Shown here: in pieces, positions 8,495 through 26,096 of the stretch
Layout: every line of letters begins with the position of its first letter
Position numbering within the stretch: the first letter of the stretch is position 1
Source of the DNA: Kofleriaceae bacterium
GTDB lineage: Bacteria; Myxococcota_A; Polyangia; Haliangiales; Haliangiaceae
Reading direction: 5' to 3'
DNA: 29,762 bases
Assembly: GCA_046597055.1 (NCBI GenBank)
Contig: JBKJLC010000029.1
Location: 1-29,762, forward strand
Translations under genes and position numbers: made by a program
Notes under the pieces: model-generated
Databases searched by the model: none
Seen by the model: the letters and a program-made list of their open reading frames with translations, nothing else
Told to the model about the DNA's origin: nothing

Positions 8495-8833
8495 CTCGGA
8501 CCGAGATCTCTCCCGATGAGCGTTCGCACCCTTACGGCCCCTCCCGGTTCGAGGTTGTCACCCCGTGTCACCACCCGTTGACGAAGTGGCTAGCTGAGTG
8601 GTCACGCGGTGCGCCAACCCCGCGGAGCTGGTGGCTACTCGACTAGCCGCGTGGCTCCTCGATGAGCCTGGGTCTCTGAATCCCAATGAAGTTCGCCGTG
8701 GTTGGGTGTGTGCCCTCGTGCCCACGGTCGTGCGCGGTGCGCCGTCGCGGCGCGACGCACGTTGCGTCTGGCAGCGGTCGAAGCAATGCGTGCTCGCACG
8801 CGCGGCTGGCTGTCGCGTGCTACGGAAGCGCTC

Positions 8834-9262
8834 GTGCGTGCGCTCGGGCTCGATGTTGGAAGCAAGACGATCGGTGTCGCCGTGTCCGACGAGCTCGGCA
8901 TGGCCGCTCATCCCGAGCGCGTGATCGCCCGCCGCGGAACCACGGCCGACGTCGCCGAGGTGCTCACCATCCTCGTCGCCAAGGCGGCCGCCGCGGTCGT
9001 GGTGGGAATGCCATTCGAGCTGTCGGGCGCGATCGGTCCGCGCGCGCGCCGGGTCCGCGTCTTCGTCGAAGCGCTGCGCGCCGCCCTCCCGGCCGGCGTG
9101 GAATTACACGAGCAGGACGAGCGTTTCTCGACCGCCGAGGCCCAGCGCGTGCTGCTCGCTGGCGACGTCTCGCGGGCCCGCCGCAAGGAAGTGATCGACA
9201 AGCAGGCGGCCGCCATCATCTTGCAGGGCTGGCTCGACGCGCGACCAAACGCCATCGGCTAG
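8834..9262 (+). CDS. ruvX: Holliday junction resolvase-like / pre-16S rRNA nuclease RuvX (YqgF)
   Basis: RALGLDVGSKTIGVAVSD, VVGMP, QDERFST and IDKQAAAIILQGWLD motifs; lies upstream of mltG. Confidence 0.96.
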   Translation: MRALGLDVGSKTIGVAVSDELGMAAHPERVIARRGTTADVAEVLTILVAKAAAAVVVGMPFELSGAIGPRARRVRVFVEALRAALPAGVELHEQDERFSTAEAQRVLLAGDVSRARRKEVIDKQAAAIILQGWLDARPNAIG

Positions 9263-9336
9263 AGTCGCTCGACCCGTGGTCGGCCGGCCGCACCACGTCA
9301 CCCGGACACCTCGGTCACTTCGCTCCAGGCCCAACG

Positions 9337-10455
<1,119 letters not shown>

Positions 10456-10538
10456 CGGCGCCGGCTACCCGCGGCGTCCGCACCGGCTCCCGGCGCTTCG
10501 TCGCCACCCTCGGGTCGTCATGATACCGTAGGACGCAT

Positions 10539-12580
<2,042 letters not shown>

Positions 12581-12581
<1 letters not shown>

Positions 12582-12792
12582 TGGACCCACAGGGACGCGG
12601 GACGGTGGCGGTGGAGCTCAACGCGACGCTCGCGGAGCTCCTGGTTCGGCTGTGCGCCGAGCAGGGGACCGAGGACTACCTCGGCGTCATCTCGCGGGCC
12701 CTGGGCCTGTTCGATCTCGCGCAGCAGACGCGCCGGCAGGGCGGTCGGCTGTGCTTCGTCAACGAACGCGGCGAGGCCGCCGAGGTGGTGTT

Positions 12793-12796
<4 letters not shown>
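12581..12796 (+). CDS. 71-aa hypothetical protein, possibly ribbon-helix-helix-like
   Basis: [14 protein letters not shown]...EAAEVVF. Its ATG overlaps the prkA stop (TGATG) and its stop overlaps the yeaH TTG start (TTGA), so it exactly fills the gap. Confidence 0.75.
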
Positions 12797-15407
<2,611 letters not shown>

Positions 15408-15556
15408 GACCGACCGCGCACGCCGCCGGTGACCCCGGACACCCAGCGTCCTTGTTGACCGCTCGCGTTGCGCGCTGGGGTGTCACCGAGAAGCCCGCGG
15501 AGTACGTGCCGTGACCGGTCGCTCGCCGTCGTCGGCCGCAGGGTAGCGGGCCGCCG

Positions 15557-16450
15557 ATGCGTCTGTATGCCTGGGCCAAGACCGACACCGGTCGCAAGCG
15601 CGATCACAACGAGGACGGCTACCTCGTCGACGAGGGCATCGGGCTGTTCGGCGTGGCCGACGGCATGGGCGGTCATCAGGGCGGGGAGCACGCCAGCCGG
15701 CTCGCCCTGCAGGTGGTCTACCAGAAGATCGCCGGCAGCCGCAGCGACCTGGTCACCGCGGCCCGCGACATCGAGGACGCCCGTCGGGAAGAGCTGCTGC
15801 GGCGGATGGAGGAGAGCTCGGACGAGTCCACCGAACGCCCCGAGGCGGGCGAGGGCTGGGCGACCAACACGCCGACCTCGCCGCTGCTCGAGGTGGTGCC
15901 GGCGGCGGGGGTCAGCGTGATGCGCGCGGCGGCCCGCGAGGCGAGCTGGGCGATCTTCGACGCCGCCCTGGCCAGCCCGCACCTGCGTGGCATGGGCACG
16001 ACCCTGACCGCGATGCTCTACGACGCCGGCAAGATGCACGTCGTCCACGCCGGCGACAGCCGCTGCTACCTGTTCCGCGACAACAGCGTCCGTCAGGTCA
16101 CCGACGACCACTCGTGGATCGCCGAGCAGGTCCGGTCCGGGAACCTGTCCGAGGCGGAGGCGAAGACCTCGCGGTATCGCCACGTGATCACGCGCTCGGT
16201 CGGTTTCGAGCGCGACGTCGAGGCCGACGCCCGCACCGTCGCGGTCGAGGCCGGCGACTGCTTCCTGCTGTGTACCGACGGGCTGTCGAACTATGTCGAG
16301 AACGCCGAGCTCGAGCGAGTGCTGGCGACCACGTGGTTCCGGCGCGCGCCGCAGTACCTGGTCGACCTGGCCAACCAGCGCGGCGGTGACGACAACATCA
16401 CCGTGGTCGCCGTGATGGTGGCCAACGAAGACCTCGACGACGGCGCCTGA
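15557..16450 (+). CDS. PP2C/PPM family Ser/Thr protein phosphatase (Stp1-like)
   Basis: TDTGRKRDHNED, VADGMGGH, GMGTT, HAGDSRCY, ITRSVG, LLCTDGL and GGDDNIT. Confidence 0.96.
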   Translation: MRLYAWAKTDTGRKRDHNEDGYLVDEGIGLFGVADGMGGHQGGEHASRLALQVVYQKIAGSRSDLVTAARDIEDARREELLRRMEESSDESTERPEAGEGWATNTPTSPLLEVVPAAGVSVMRAAAREASWAIFDAALASPHLRGMGTTLTAMLYDAGKMHVVHAGDSRCYLFRDNSVRQVTDDHSWIAEQVRSGNLSEAEAKTSRYRHVITRSVGFERDVEADARTVAVEAGDCFLLCTDGLSNYVENAELERVLATTWFRRAPQYLVDLANQRGGDDNITVVAVMVANEDLDDGA

Positions 16451-16661
16451 CGCCGGACTCGCCGCACGCGTCTGCTGCGCGGGGCGCGGCGGTCGCCGCT
16501 CGGGCGTGGGTGGGCGTGGGTGGGTGACGATCGCGACGCCGCGATCGTCGCTGCACGAATGTCAGCCACGGCCGAACACGCCGAGGTCGGGTGTGCGACC
16601 GTGATCAGGGGGGCCGCCGGCTAGCTTGCGGGCGGAGCCTCGTTCGATCGAAGGAGCTGCG

Positions 16662-18599
16662 ATGGTCCGTTCGTCATTTTTGTCGTGGACGTCTCGTCTT
16701 CGCGCGCCGCTGACCGCGGTGCTCTGGGTGCTCGCGTTCGCCGCGACACCCGCCGCTGCCCAGGATGACGATGAGCCGCCGGCAGCGGCCGACCAGCCGG
16801 CCGATCCGCCAGCGCCGGCTGCCGGGGATGCCGACGGCGACGGCACGCCCGACGACAAGGAGCCGCCGGCGCCGGCGGCCGGGGATGCCGACGGCGACGG
16901 CACGCCCGACGACAAGGAGCCGCCGGCGCCGGCTGCCGGGGATGCCGACGGCGACGGCACCCCCGACGCGGTCGACACCGACGACGACAACGACGGGGTG
17001 CCCGACGCGCAGGAGCCGCCAGCGGCCGGCGACGCCGACGGCGACGGCACCCCCGACGCGGTCGACACCGACGACGACAACGACGGCGTGCCCGACGACC
17101 AGGAGGTCGCCGCCGGCGGGGCCGAGGTCGACGAGGACGGCCAGGTTTACCTGGACGACGACGCCGACGGCGACGGCGTGGTCGAGGCCGACGAGGCCGC
17201 CGACGCCAAGGAGTTCGACGCCGCGTTCGACGACATCCCCGACGTGATCAACGACGACGCCCTCGACGCCCGCGCCGAGGAGTCCGAACTCGTGCCGTCG
17301 CTCGACATCGAGACCTTCCGCACGCTGGTCCGGCTCGCGAAGAAGAAGGTGCTCACGCGCATGGAGGCCAAGATCAAGCTGAAGGCCGAGCAGAAGATGG
17401 CCACGGTCAGCTGGGGCATCTTCTTCCTGTCGCTGCTCGGCTTCCTGCTGCTGGCGATGCCGTTCGCCTTGAACAAGAAGCACCCGGGCCAGATGGGCAA
17501 CCTGGTCAAGTACTCGGCGCTGGCCGCGGTCACCTTCTTCGTCACGGTCAACCTGTTCGGTGCGATCCTGATCGGGCTACGGACCACCCAGAGCGCGCTG
17601 GCCAGCCAGACCAACCCGCAGCTCAAGATCGCCGCCGGCTTCTTCGACGCGCTCGATCACAACGCCGAGGACTACGCGATCATGGGCAAGGAGCTGTTCG
17701 GGCCGACGCTCGAGCAGCTGAGCGGCAAGAGTGACGAGCAGCCGGCGGTGCTGTTGATCGAGAACGGTCAGAAGATCGTCGAGCAGGCCAGCGTCTTCAA
17801 GACGGTCGCGGGCATGTTCAAGAGGGTCAACTTCATCTTCGGCATCCTGCCGATCGTGCTGCTCGGCGTGACGCTCTTGCTGTTCATGCTCGCGATCAAG
17901 CCCACGCTGATCGAGATCATCAAGCTACCGGCGACGGCGGCGTCGGGCCAGGGCAGCACCGGCGTGGTCCAGCGCGCCATGCGGCGGGTCGGCGGCGAGA
18001 TGGTGGCGACCGTTTGCACGCTCGGCGTGCTGGTGCTGCTGACGCTCCTGTCCGGCTTCATCCTCGGGCAGGTGGTCGAGCCCGCGCTCGACTCGATCAT
18101 CAGCTACTTCTCGCTGGCCGTGATCTACCTGCAGTGGGTCGAAGGCGCGTCGACCGCTCAGGTGATGCTGATGCTGTTCAGCGTGATCCTGTTCCTGGTG
18201 TTCAACCTGGCGGTCGTGATCCTGTCGATGTCGTTCTTCCTCGGCAAGTCGCAGAAGATCTTCCAGCAACGCTTCAACGACGGCGTGCCGCTGTCGGCGC
18301 ACCGGCGCTGGTGGATCTGGGGACCGGCCGCGGTGCTCCTGGCGCAGCTGCTGCCATGGCTCTACGTGCAGGTCGCGGCGATCGGCGTCGAGAAGATCGA
18401 GAACCGCGTCACCGCCGGCGTCACCGACGCGGACAAGCTCAGCTGGACGATGCTGATGCTGCCCGGACCCCTGTTCTTGATCGTCGGGTTCCTGATCTTC
18501 TACTGGGCGGCGCGTGGCCTGAAGTCGATCGGCTTCCTGGCGACGTACCAGGTGAAGCTGCCGGCCAGCCTGCCGGTCCCGGCCGCGCCGTCTCCCTGA
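16662..18599 (+). CDS. Polytopic membrane protein with signal peptide and N-terminal thrombospondin-type-3-like Ca-binding repeats
   Basis: AAGGAG RBS at 16651-16656, signal peptide ending AAAQ, DADGDGTPD/DDDNDGVPD repeats and about 7-8 hydrophobic segments in the C-terminal part. Confidence 0.85.
   Translation: MVRSSFLSWTSRLRAPLTAVLWVLAFAATPAAAQDDDEPPAAADQPADPPAPAAGDADGDGTPDDKEPPAPAAGDADGDGTPDDKEPPAPAAGDADGDGTPDAVDTDDDNDGVPDAQEPPAAGDADGDGTPDAVDTDDDNDGVPDDQEVAAGGAEVDEDGQVYLDDDADGDGVVEADEAADAKEFDAAFDDIPDVINDDALDARAEESELVPSLDIETFRTLVRLAKKKVLTRMEAKIKLKAEQKMATVSWGIFFLSLLGFLLLAMPFALNKKHPGQMGNLVKYSALAAVTFFVTVNLFGAILIGLRTTQSALASQTNPQLKIAAGFFDALDHNAEDYAIMGKELFGPTLEQLSGKSDEQPAVLLIENGQKIVEQASVFKTVAGMFKRVNFIFGILPIVLLGVTLLLFMLAIKPTLIEIIKLPATAASGQGSTGVVQRAMRRVGGEMVATVCTLGVLVLLTLLSGFILGQVVEPALDSIISYFSLAVIYLQWVEGASTAQVMLMLFSVILFLVFNLAVVILSMSFFLGKSQKIFQQRFNDGVPLSAHRRWWIWGPAAVLLAQLLPWLYVQVAAIGVEKIENRVTAGVTDADKLSWTMLMLPGPLFLIVGFLIFYWAARGLKSIGFLATYQVKLPASLPVPAAPSP
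16808..17105 (+). repeat. Intragenic tandem repeats: two 57-bp units, then two ~90-bp units
   Basis: PAPAAGDADGDGTPDDKEP x2, then GDADGDGTPDAVDTDDDNDGVPDxQE x2; nearly identical at DNA level. Confidence 0.9.
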
Positions 18600-18728
18600 G
18601 CCGAGCGTAGCGCGGCGGCGGTGGGTTCCGTCGGACGCCGCCTCCGGGCCGCGGCCGACCGATCGGACGAGCGTCTGGGCGTCAAGAGAATCCCGGACTC
18701 CGAGCACCCCGCCGCGTTACAATGGAGC

Positions 18729-19733
18729 GTGCAACGGACACGCTCGATGGTCGTGACGGTGGTCGCGCTGGCGGCCTGCGGCAAGGCGGGTACCGGGACC
18801 GGTTCCGGTACCGCCGGCGCCGCCGGAGGATCGGCGGCCGCGCCGGTGCCGCCCGCCATCGCGGCGCCGGCCCCCACGCCCCTGGCCGACACCGGCTGCA
18901 CGATCGCGCGCGAGAGCTGGCGGTTCCCCGCGGTCACGCGGGTGATCGCGGTCGGTGACGTCCACGGCGACCTCGCCGCGGCCCGGCGCGCGCTCCGGCT
19001 GGCCCGGGTCGTCGACGAGGACGACCAGTGGGTCGGCGGCGCGACCTGGGTCGTGCAGGTCGGCGATCAGCTCGACCGCGGTGATGACGAGCAGGCGATC
19101 CTCGACTGGTTCGAGCGACTCGAGGGCGAGGCGGTGCAGGCCGGCGGGCGGTTCGTGTGGCTGCTCGGCAACCACGAGGTGATGAACGCGGCTGGCGACC
19201 TGCGCTACGTGACGCCCGGCGGGTTCCGCGACTTCGAGGACGTGGCCGGGCTGCCGCTGGACCGGCACGCCGACGTGCCCGCGGCTGCGCGGGCGCGGGT
19301 GGCGGCGTTCGCGCCCGGCGGTCCCTACGCGAAGATCCTCGCGGGCCAGCACATGGTGGCCGCGGTCGGCGACACCGTGTTCGTCCACGGCGGCATCCTG
19401 CCCGGGGTTGCCGCCCGGCTCGACGAGACCGATCACGGCGCTCGCTGCTGGCTGGCCGGGCAGGGCGCGCCACCGGCCGCGATCGAAGATCCCGGTGGCC
19501 CGCTGTGGGATCGCAGCTTCGCCGGCGACGATGTCGACTGCGGTCGACTGGGCCAGGTGCTCACCGAGCTGGGCGCGAAGCGGCTGGTGATCGCGCACAC
19601 GCCTCAGCCCGCCGGCGTCTCGTCGGCGTGCGACGAGCGGGTGTGGCGGGTCGACGTCGGGCTGGCGCGCCACTACGGCGGCCCGACCCAGGTCCTCGAG
19701 CTGACCGCGGCCGGCGCCCGGGTCCTGCGCTGA
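18729..19733 (+). CDS. Calcineurin-like metallophosphoesterase (Shewanella-like phosphatase, Shelph type), predicted lipoprotein
   Basis: GDVHGD, QVGDQLDRG, LGNHE, FVHGG, IAHTPQ and VDVGLA motifs; lipobox LAAC. Start is uncertain (GTG 18729 or the next ATG). Confidence 0.9.
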   Translation: MQRTRSMVVTVVALAACGKAGTGTGSGTAGAAGGSAAAPVPPAIAAPAPTPLADTGCTIARESWRFPAVTRVIAVGDVHGDLAAARRALRLARVVDEDDQWVGGATWVVQVGDQLDRGDDEQAILDWFERLEGEAVQAGGRFVWLLGNHEVMNAAGDLRYVTPGGFRDFEDVAGLPLDRHADVPAAARARVAAFAPGGPYAKILAGQHMVAAVGDTVFVHGGILPGVAARLDETDHGARCWLAGQGAPPAAIEDPGGPLWDRSFAGDDVDCGRLGQVLTELGAKRLVIAHTPQPAGVSSACDERVWRVDVGLARHYGGPTQVLELTAAGARVLR

Positions 19734-19754
19734 CTTCGCAAACCGTTTGGTGCG

Positions 19755-20993
19755 CTAGAGCCGGCGGCCGCGCACGTAGGTCGCGGCGACCGGCCCTGCG
19801 TCGTGGCGGAATACCAGGCGATCGAGCAGCGCGGCGTGCTCGAGGCCGGCGGGGGCCGGCACCGCGATCACATCGGCGTCGAAGCCAGGGGCGAGCCGGC
19901 CCACGGTGTCGGCGAGGCCGAGCGCGCGGGCGCCGCCGGCGGTCGCCAGCCAGAGCAGCTCCTCGGGCCCGGCCGGGGCGCCGACGATCAGCGCGGCGTC
20001 GTAGGCGCTGGCGACCACCCGGCGTAGCGAGAACGTGCGGCCGGCGCCGACGTCGGTGCCGAGGCCGACCGTGATCCCGCGCGAGGTCGCCTGGCGCAGC
20101 GGCATGCAGCCACTACCGAGGAAGAAGTTGCTGTCCGGGCAGTGCGCCACCACCGCGCGGTGGTCGGCGACCCGGTCCCACTCGTCCTCGCCCAGCCAGA
20201 TGCAGTGGGCGAGGATCGTGCGGTCGCCGACCAGGCCGTGGTCCTCGTAGACCGCGAGATAGTCGCGCGCCGACGGGAAGGTGGCGGCGGTGGCCTGGAT
20301 CTCGTCGCGGTTCTCCGAGATGTGGGTCTGGATCCACAGGCCGCGCCGGGCGGCCAGCTCGGCCGCGCCGCGCAGGAGCGCGGGCGTGCAGCTGAGCGCG
20401 AAGCGCGGGACGATCGCGACGCGCAGGCGGCCGCCGTCGTGGCCATGCCAGCGCTCGATCAGCCCGGCGCAGGCGTCGAGCGCGGCGGCGGCCTCGAGCA
20501 GCACGTTCGCGGGGGCGCCGCGATCCATGAGCGTGATCCCGGCGAGCGCGCGCAGGCCGCGTCGATCGAGCTCGGTGAACAGCACGTCGGCGGCGGCCGG
20601 GTGGCTCGAGCTGTAGATCGCCGCGCTGGTGGTGCCCTGCGCGATCAGCGCGTCGCAGAACTCGTGGGCGACCGCGCTCGCGTACGCGCGCTCGGCGAAC
20701 CGCGCCTCCTCGGGGAACACCGAGCGGTCGAGCCACGGCAAGAGCGGGCCCGAGGCGCTGCCGATCACCCGCGTCTGCGGGAAGTGCACGTGGGTGTCGA
20801 CGAAGCCGGGCAGGAGCACGGTATGCGGGTGGGTCTCGGCGACCGTGCAGCCGGCCGGGGCGGGTCCGGCCGCGACGATCCGACCGGCGTCGTCGAGCTC
20901 GATCAGCGCGTCGGCGATCAGGTCGAGCTGGGGCGCGTCGGCGCGCGGAAACAGCGCGCGGCCGCGCAGGATACGTGGGGCGAGATCGAGCAC
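19755..20993 (-). CDS. guaD: Guanine deaminase (amidohydrolase)
   Basis: PGFVDTHVHFPQ, LLPWL...FPEE, PRFALSC, QTHISEN, LAHCIWL, HCPDSNFFLGSG and LGTDVGAG. Start approximate. Confidence 0.92.
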   Translation of the reverse strand: MLDLAPRILRGRALFPRADAPQLDLIADALIELDDAGRIVAAGPAPAGCTVAETHPHTVLLPGFVDTHVHFPQTRVIGSASGPLLPWLDRSVFPEEARFAERAYASAVAHEFCDALIAQGTTSAAIYSSSHPAAADVLFTELDRRGLRALAGITLMDRGAPANVLLEAAAALDACAGLIERWHGHDGGRLRVAIVPRFALSCTPALLRGAAELAARRGLWIQTHISENRDEIQATAATFPSARDYLAVYEDHGLVGDRTILAHCIWLGEDEWDRVADHRAVVAHCPDSNFFLGSGCMPLRQATSRGITVGLGTDVGAGRTFSLRRVVASAYDAALIVGAPAGPEELLWLATAGGARALGLADTVGRLAPGFDADVIAVPAPAGLEHAALLDRLVFRHDAGPVAATYVRGRRL

Positions 20994-21066
20994 GTCGCCC
21001 CCAGTATCGCCCACGCCCGCCGGGCGGGAGCAAGCGCCCGGGCGCATCCTGGGCCGTTCAACTCGA

Positions 21067-23394
<2,328 letters not shown>

Positions 23395-24139
23395 CCCGGC
23401 AAGTGTACGCGCGCCGCGGCGATCTCGGGAAGCCGCAAGCGGTCCGAGTGCGAGATCGCGATGCACCTACACGCCGCAGTGTCGACTCGGCCGGGGCTCG
23501 GACTCGAGCCTGGTCGCCCCGCACCCGTCGCCGCGACGGTCGGTGGCGGCCGCCCCATCGGGGTGCCGGGCGGCGACGCGCGAAGCACCGGCGGAGACGC
23601 CGCCTTGCCTTGGAACTCGGGTGGATAGCACGCTCGAGTGGCTCGGTCGCCGCCGCGGGAGTCGGACGCTCACCCCTCGGGTAGCCACGACGCCTGGCGA
23701 ACGGTTCCCGAACCGTTGCTGAACCGTCCACCCGCGGACACGCGGGCCGCCGTCACGGCTCATGTCCGCGTGGGCCCGATCGGACCGCCGCGGCACGCGG
23801 AGTGCTGAAGGCGTGCGCATGGGCGTATCCAGGAAATCTCGGAATCGACTCGCGGGTGGCGCCGGCTGCGCCCGCGCGGATGACCGCGGCGCGTTGCGGG
23901 GACCGCCCCCGTCGAGCGCTGGACGGGCTCCACCGCGGCGGCGCCGCGGAGTTGCCAGGATGTTCGCGAACTGGCCACGGACCGCGCTGGCATCGATCGC
24001 TGAAAGCCGTCGACATGGGGCCGTGCCGCACCGATCGGAGGCCCAGCTGGCTCGCGCAGCGGCGGCTCGGGTGGCGCTGTTCCTCGGCTTCGCCGTGACC
24101 GCGCTGTCCTTGACGAGATGGTTCTAGGGATCCGCCAAC

Positions 24140-25297
24140 ATGGCATTCACCGATCTCTCTGTCTTCAGTCGGGACGGCGCCCTGACTCGGCCCCTGGACC
24201 TGCGCTTGCCAGCCACGACCCGCCCGGCCCCGCCGGCGCTGGGTCACATGTCTGCCAATCTGGATCTGCTGCGCGCCCTCGCGGTCCTGGCTGTGATGGT
24301 GGACCACCTGGTGCCCACGCTGTGCTTTGTCGGCGTCGCGGTGCCGTCGTGGGTGTTGCAGCTCACCAGGCACATCGGCCAGTCGGGCGTCCTCGCCTTC
24401 TTCGTCCACACCAGTCTGGTCCTCATGTACTCGCTGGCGCGCCTGGCGGACCAGGGACCGCGGCTCGGGTCGTTGATCCGGCGCTTCTATGTCCGCCGGG
24501 CGTTCCGCATCTACCCGCTGGCGGTCGTGTGCATCCTCGCCGCGGTCGCGTTTCACCTGCCCGAGGCGACCTGGCGCGAGCCGAAGCAGCTCACCGCCGA
24601 GGTGATCGCGGCGAACCTCCTGCTCGTCCAGAACCTCGTCTCGGGGACGAGCGTGCTCGCCCCGCTGTGGAGCCTGCCGTACGAGGTCGAGATGTACGTG
24701 GTCCTGCCGTTCCTGTACGTCGTCGCGCGAAGCGCCCACGGCGTGCGCTGGTTGAGCGCGCTGCTGGCGCTGTGCTGCCTCGGCGGCTACGGGCTCGCCA
24801 CGGTCGCGGGCCACCTCAACATGGCGGCCTATCTCCCGTGCTTCGTCAGCGGCGTGCTGGGCTACGCCCTCCGTCGGACGATCCGTCGGCGCCTGCCGGG
24901 CCGGATCTGGGTGCTGTTCCTGCTGGCGCTGATCGGCTGCTACGCCCTGGTTCACTGGCACTGCCTCCGGCCCGTCTACTGGATCGGGTGGTGCTACTGC
25001 CTGGTCCTGGCGCTGGCCATCAACTTCTTCGAGGACCTCCGCAGCGACGTCCTCAACCGACTCGCGCACCAGGTCGCGACCTATTCGTACGGCATCTATC
25101 TGCTGCACGTGCCGGTGCTGTACGTGGTGTTCCTGGCGTGGCGCCCGAGCTCGGTGGCGCTCGGGATCGCCGCGTTCTTCGTGCTCACAGGGGTCGCGTC
25201 GTTCGTGGCGTTCCACCTGATCGAGGCGCCGATGATGAACCTCGGCCGCCGCGCGAGCCGGGCGAGCGCTCGGCCGGGTGCTACGACGGCAAGGTGA
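24140..25297 (+). CDS. Acyltransferase-3 (OafA/YrhL-like) membrane O-acyltransferase
   Basis: NLDLLRALAV...DH, GVLAFFV, FYVRRAFRIYP, LWSLPYEVEMY, YSYGIYLLH and HLIEAP. Confidence 0.93.
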   Translation: MAFTDLSVFSRDGALTRPLDLRLPATTRPAPPALGHMSANLDLLRALAVLAVMVDHLVPTLCFVGVAVPSWVLQLTRHIGQSGVLAFFVHTSLVLMYSLARLADQGPRLGSLIRRFYVRRAFRIYPLAVVCILAAVAFHLPEATWREPKQLTAEVIAANLLLVQNLVSGTSVLAPLWSLPYEVEMYVVLPFLYVVARSAHGVRWLSALLALCCLGGYGLATVAGHLNMAAYLPCFVSGVLGYALRRTIRRRLPGRIWVLFLLALIGCYALVHWHCLRPVYWIGWCYCLVLALAINFFEDLRSDVLNRLAHQVATYSYGIYLLHVPVLYVVFLAWRPSSVALGIAAFFVLTGVASFVAFHLIEAPMMNLGRRASRASARPGATTAR

Positions 25298-26096
25298 ACG
25301 TGAAGGTCCACACCACCACCGACGGGACCGGCCGGTCGTTGGTGTCGAGCGCGGGCTCGAACGTGAGCTTGCGGGCGCGGGACAGCGCCAGCTCGTCGAG
25401 GCCGTGGCCGAGGCTGCCGAGCAGGCGCACGGTGGTGACCTTGCCCACGGCGTCGACGACCAGCCGGGCCCGCAGCTCGCCCTCGACCCCGAGCCGCTTG
25501 GCCTCGGCCGGGTAGTCCTTGCCGAGCGACAGGTAGTCGAAGTCGCCCTTGGGCTTGGCCGGGGTCTTGATCGACGCGATCGACACCGGCGCGGCCGCCG
25601 ACCCGCTCCCGGCGCCGCTGCCCTCGCCGTCGCCAGTGCCACCACCGCCGCGGCCGGTGCGCCGGGCGGTCGGCCCGGGCGCGACCGCGACGCCGCGCGC
25701 CGCCGGCGCGATCCCGGGCATCGCCACCACCGGACCGCCGCCGCCGAAGTCGCCCGTCGGTGGCGCCACGTCGACCGGGGGCGGGGTGCTGCTCGGCGGT
25801 GGCGGGGTCTTGCTCGCGGTCCGCGGCCTGGGCTGCGCCGGCGGCGGCGTGGTCGTCGTCGGCGCGACCACCGGCTCGGGCGCGGCCGGCTCCGGCGGGG
25901 CCGGAACCGGCGGGGGCGGCTCGGGGGGCGGCAGCGTCTTGACGTCGATCAGGCCCAGCTTCTGACGCGGCGGCTCGGGGATCTTGCGGCCGACCACCGT
26001 CACCACGTCGATCACGACGACGACGAGGAGGTGGACGGCGAGGGCCCCGATGACCACCAGCGGCGCCGACGACGAAGACGACGACCCGGTCGTCAC
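25281..26096 (-). CDS. tonB: Energy transducer TonB
   Basis: TM segment with His (ALAVHLL), Pro-rich linker and C-domain DYPAEAKRLGVEG...FEPA. The GTG start overlaps the exbD stop. Confidence 0.92.
   Translation of the reverse strand: MTTGSSSSSSAPLVVIGALAVHLLVVVVIDVVTVVGRKIPEPPRQKLGLIDVKTLPPPEPPPPVPAPPEPAAPEPVVAPTTTTPPPAQPRPRTASKTPPPPSSTPPPVDVAPPTGDFGGGGPVVAMPGIAPAARGVAVAPGPTARRTGRGGGGTGDGEGSGAGSGSAAAPVSIASIKTPAKPKGDFDYLSLGKDYPAEAKRLGVEGELRARLVVDAVGKVTTVRLLGSLGHGLDELALSRARKLTFEPALDTNDRPVPSVVVWTFTFTLPS

Noticed and set aside
8326..8574. 82-aa minus-strand ORF (and plus-strand 7903..8646) as proteins
   Set aside because: Atypical codon usage, homopolymer tracts, no motifs or RBS; the minus ORF starts upstream of the sigma54 promoter.
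8180..8830. 6S RNA, SRP RNA, tmRNA or tRNA
   Set aside because: No long closing stem with central bubble, SRP GGAA-loop motif, tag reading frame or cloverleaf was recognised. A cmscan is still warranted.
8686..9336. Long N-terminal extension of MltG in the ORF track
   Set aside because: It overlaps ruvX in another frame. MltG begins at ATG 9337 with its TM anchor.
16808..17105. Tandem repeats as a CRISPR or mobile element
   Set aside because: They are in-frame coding repeats (multiples of 3) of a TSP3-like motif.
23762..24127. Small ORF with hydrophobic C-terminus upstream of the acyltransferase-3 gene
   Set aside because: Only the last ~20 residues look protein-like, and neither a start nor a family can be supported. 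Left uncalled.
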